A stretch of DNA of 64,000 bases, taken from assembly GCA_034520565.1 (NCBI GenBank), contig JAXHNL010000002.1:896001-960000 (forward strand), written 5' to 3'. This document shows, in pieces, positions 60,977 through 64,000 of the stretch (the stretch's first letter is position 1; each line of letters opens with the position of its first letter). Position numbers and translations under genes: made by a program. The notes under the pieces are model-generated. The model saw only the letters and a program-made list of their open reading frames with translations, searched no databases and was not told the origin of the DNA. This stretch comes from Halodesulfurarchaeum sp. (lineage in GTDB: Archaea > Halobacteriota > Halobacteria > Halobacteriales > Halobacteriaceae).

Positions 60977-62043
60977 CCGATTCGGGGGAGGAACCGAGGG
61001 AGACCGTACCGACCTGGACCGAGGACGAGGCGTATTACGATCTCGACGGGTTGCGGGTCGACGTCGATCCCGACCGACTGCTCGCCGGGCGGCCCACGGG
61101 CAAATCGCATGCCGGACTCCGCGTGCTCACGGACGACCATCCGGCCGTGCCCGAAATCGAGGTCCCCTACTTCCCCGCGCCACTGGATGGGGTCCCTCGT
61201 AACACCGAGGAGACGTTCTTCCGGGCGCTGTCGCTCGACAAACCGGTCATTCTCGAGGGCGAGGCCGGGACGGGGAAGAACCACCTCGTTCGGTCCGTCG
61301 CGTCGACGGTCAATCTCCCCGTCTACCGCCAGGAGTTCGGTGCGGACACCTCCGTGCTGGACGTCGTCGGGGAGAAGGACCTCGACGGGCAGGGTGGTAC
61401 CTACTACATCCTCGGGCAGGCCGCGAAGGCCGCGATCTTCGGCGGGATCTACGTCGCCGACGAACTCAACATGGCCAGCGGGTCGGTCACCGCCTCTCTC
61501 CACCCCCTGTACGAGGACCGGGGCAAGCGGGAACTGCACCTGCGCGGGGTTGGGCGCACGCTCAGAGACCTGCCCGCCGGCGAGGAGTGGGACCCCGAAA
61601 CACACCTCGGGCGATACATCCATCCCGACTTCCACGCGACGGCGACGATGAACCCCCTCCACTACGCCGACACCGCCGAACTCAACGACGCCCTCCGCTC
61701 TCGGTGTGTCGTGATCGAACACCCGTATCTCGCCGCGAGCGAGGACGACGAGGCCGGGATCGAGACCGAGGTGGAACTGCTCAAGACCGAAACCGGCGCG
61801 ACAGACGAGGGTCGGTTGCGCGATCTGGTCCGCTTTGCCGCGGTCCTCCGGGAAGCCAGGCGAGAGGCAAACGCCATCACCACGCCGATCGGGCACCGGG
61901 AACTTCGGGACACCGTCGAGATGGCCGGTCCGGACGAGGAATTTATGGCCTACGGCGAGGCCGCTCGCGTGAAGTTCGTCGGCCAGGCGGCCTTGAAAAG
62001 CGACAAACAGTTCATCAGGGACGCGATCACCGACGAACTCTGA
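60973..62043 (+). CDS. MoxR/CbbQ/CobS-like AAA+ ATPase
   Basis: Walker A GEAGTGKN, Walker B YVADELN, sensor-1 ATMNP, Arg finger ALRSR, C-terminal IGHREL. Confidence 0.88.
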   Translation: MTDSGEEPRETVPTWTEDEAYYDLDGLRVDVDPDRLLAGRPTGKSHAGLRVLTDDHPAVPEIEVPYFPAPLDGVPRNTEETFFRALSLDKPVILEGEAGTGKNHLVRSVASTVNLPVYRQEFGADTSVLDVVGEKDLDGQGGTYYILGQAAKAAIFGGIYVADELNMASGSVTASLHPLYEDRGKRELHLRGVGRTLRDLPAGEEWDPETHLGRYIHPDFHATATMNPLHYADTAELNDALRSRCVVIEHPYLAASEDDEAGIETEVELLKTETGATDEGRLRDLVRFAAVLREARREANAITTPIGHRELRDTVEMAGPDEEFMAYGEAARVKFVGQAALKSDKQFIRDAITDEL

Positions 62044-62079
62044 CCGTGGCCGCGGCACTGCTGTGCCGTCTTTCCCATC

Positions 62080-63996
62080 ATGACAGTACCGCTCACGCCC
62101 GACCTCGATCGGGACGCTCTCGTGACCGCCCTCGGCCGGACCGTGGACCGGCAGGCTGTTCGCACCGGTGAGGCCCGTCGTCGGCGACTCCAGAAGAACC
62201 TCCGGCGACTGTCCCGTGCCTGGGAGACGACGGTGGAAATCGACGAGGAGCTCCCCACGACGGCTCTCGAATCCACGGGGCCGGGGGACGATCCCGAATA
62301 CGTGGTTACGATCACGGGTCGCCGGGTCCCCCAGCCGGTGACGGAGTACGACCCACGAGCCTGGGACTGGCTCGTCCAGCGGGCTCTCGCCGTCCACGAG
62401 GCCGGGCACATTCGGTATACGGACTACGCGGACTGGGCGTCCCGACTCGATGCGGTCGATTCCAGGGACGAGGGCGTCGCCCATACGCTGCACAACGCCC
62501 TGGAGGACGCCGCGATCGAGACCCAGATCGCCGACCGCTGGTCGAACTACCGGGAGCCCCTCCGGGCGCTTCGGGCGAACCTGCTCGAAAACGCAACCGT
62601 CGGCATTCCGGACCCCGAACAGGGCGGTTTCGTCTATCCCCTCGTCCACGCCGTTCACGCCTCGATTCTCGACGGCTGGCTCGAGGCCGTTTACGGGCTG
62701 GAGTTCGGGGTGCTCGATTCGTTGCTCGATCCGACGGATCCGGCCCATCACTTCACGCCCGGTTCGGCCGACCGGGCCCTGTTCGAGACCGAGGTCGTGC
62801 CCCATCTTCCGGGCGTCGTCGAAACGGTCAGGGAGACGCCGGCGGCCGCGGTCCGGAACGAGACGATCTTCGCGTTCGTCAGGCGGGTCCTCGACGTACT
62901 GGACGAAGCTGATGTCGACGGCCGAAGCCAGCAGAAGGGTCGGGCGGACGCGGGTGAAACTGGCGGCGGCATGCCGGACGATTCCCGGGACAACGACTCG
63001 GGGGAGAACCTGGCGGAAGCCGACGCACTCGGCGGGTCCGGTGACGAGGAAGCCGACTCGCTGGCGGAGGCGCCCCGGGACGTCCCGTCGACGGCCCCCG
63101 GCGCGGTCGAGACGATCCCGGACCTCCAGGCCCGGGCCGTCGGGGAGGCCGCGGACGACGCCCGGGCGGAGGCAGGGGTGACCGACGCCGAACTGGACGA
63201 ACTCGAGACGCTGCAGGACGGGATCGCCGGGAGCGGCACCCGGGCCGGTGACGGGCTTCGCTCCGCCGACATCATGCTCCCGACGGAGGACTGGAATGCC
63301 GACCAGGCCGTCCTCGAGGGGATCGAGGCGGACTACCGGCGGCTTGCCCGGCTTTTCAGGAACCGGTTGCAACACGAGCGACGAACTGCCATCACGCGCG
63401 GGACCCGGCGGGGACGCCTCGATCCACAGCGGCTCTATCGCACCGGCGTGGAACCCATGCCGGGGGACCTCAAGCGCAACCGCGAAACCCCCGAGGAGAA
63501 GGCCTATCATATGGCGTTCGTCCTCGACCGGTCGGCCTCGATGGGCCGGAAGATCCGGGAGGCGGAACTCGCCCTCGGCCTGTTGATTTACGCCCTCGAG
63601 GAGGTGGGCGTGGAGACGGAAGTGTTCGAACTGTACGACTCGGCCGTTCGACTCGCCAAGCCGTTCGGGATTCCAGCTCAGTCACGGGAGGACCGGCTCT
63701 TTCACGGCCGAACTGGTGGTGGAACGCCGCTATCGACGGTCCTGCGGGTCGTCCGGACGCGACTGAACCACGAATCGGTGCGGGGAACTCGGCGGGCGAT
63801 GTTCGTCGTGACCGACGGCAAACCGGCTGACCCCCGGGCGTTTTCCGAGACGATCGCCGCGACGACCTTTCCCGTCCTCGGGGTCACCCTCGCCGGGAGG
63901 CAAACGACGGGGACCTATACCCGGTCGGTCGCGGCGAAACCCGGGGCCGAGCTCACGGAGAAATTGCGCCAGTTGGCGACGGAAGTCATGCTGTAG
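62080..63996 (+). CDS. vWA-domain protein with N-terminal HExxH metallopeptidase-like domain (CobT-like architecture)
   Basis: AVHEAGH and HNALEDAAIE, an acidic linker, RGRLDPQRL, MIDAS DRSAS, GGTP and VTDG. Confidence 0.85.
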   Translation: MTVPLTPDLDRDALVTALGRTVDRQAVRTGEARRRRLQKNLRRLSRAWETTVEIDEELPTTALESTGPGDDPEYVVTITGRRVPQPVTEYDPRAWDWLVQRALAVHEAGHIRYTDYADWASRLDAVDSRDEGVAHTLHNALEDAAIETQIADRWSNYREPLRALRANLLENATVGIPDPEQGGFVYPLVHAVHASILDGWLEAVYGLEFGVLDSLLDPTDPAHHFTPGSADRALFETEVVPHLPGVVETVRETPAAAVRNETIFAFVRRVLDVLDEADVDGRSQQKGRADAGETGGGMPDDSRDNDSGENLAEADALGGSGDEEADSLAEAPRDVPSTAPGAVETIPDLQARAVGEAADDARAEAGVTDAELDELETLQDGIAGSGTRAGDGLRSADIMLPTEDWNADQAVLEGIEADYRRLARLFRNRLQHERRTAITRGTRRGRLDPQRLYRTGVEPMPGDLKRNRETPEEKAYHMAFVLDRSASMGRKIREAELALGLLIYALEEVGVETEVFELYDSAVRLAKPFGIPAQSREDRLFHGRTGGGTPLSTVLRVVRTRLNHESVRGTRRAMFVVTDGKPADPRAFSETIAATTFPVLGVTLAGRQTTGTYTRSVAAKPGAELTEKLRQLATEVML

Positions 63997-64000
63997 TCGT

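Noticed and set aside
60943-63510. 855-aa minus-strand ORF and similar long antisense or alternate-frame ORFs (e.g. 33025-34587, 47997-49457, 54594-56120)
   Set aside because: Shadow ORFs of real high-GC genes, with no motifs and non-halophilic composition.

Overview
High-GC haloarchaeal (Halobacteria) chromosomal window, judged from acidic proteins, archaeal r-proteins (S4e, L32e, L19e), Rnp1, mch and a PGF-CTERM protein. Left to right: partial mch, a small Cys protein and an EamA transporter; a lower-GC, integrase-less islet (about 2.1-8.1 kb) at the 3' end of tRNA-Gly(GCC), carrying a GAF/kinase/PAS/LOV protein, a VOC protein and a Fic protein bracketed by tRNA-derived fold-back repeats; the SPOUT-rpl3...secY ribosomal superoperon, whose 15.8-22.6 kb part is full of indels that are almost certainly assembly errors; a soluble transducer plus cheW; a Tat/PGF-CTERM surface protein; sensor kinases; MFS and ABC transporters; a rhodanese-MBL/YeeE-YedE sulfur cluster; thrB; nikR; the leuA-ilvBNC-leuCDB cluster; and a MoxR-type AAA+/HExxH-vWA operon. 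The best candidate for an undescribed system is translation-based control of branched-chain amino acid synthesis. leuA has no usable in-frame AUG and is overlapped by an apparently leaderless, out-of-frame uORF containing a GUU-CUU-C slippery Leu site (possible +1 frameshift). ilvB is preceded by an apparently leaderless Ile/Val-rich 26-aa leader ORF followed by hairpins (attenuator-like). All assignments come from reading motifs by eye; no database searches were run.
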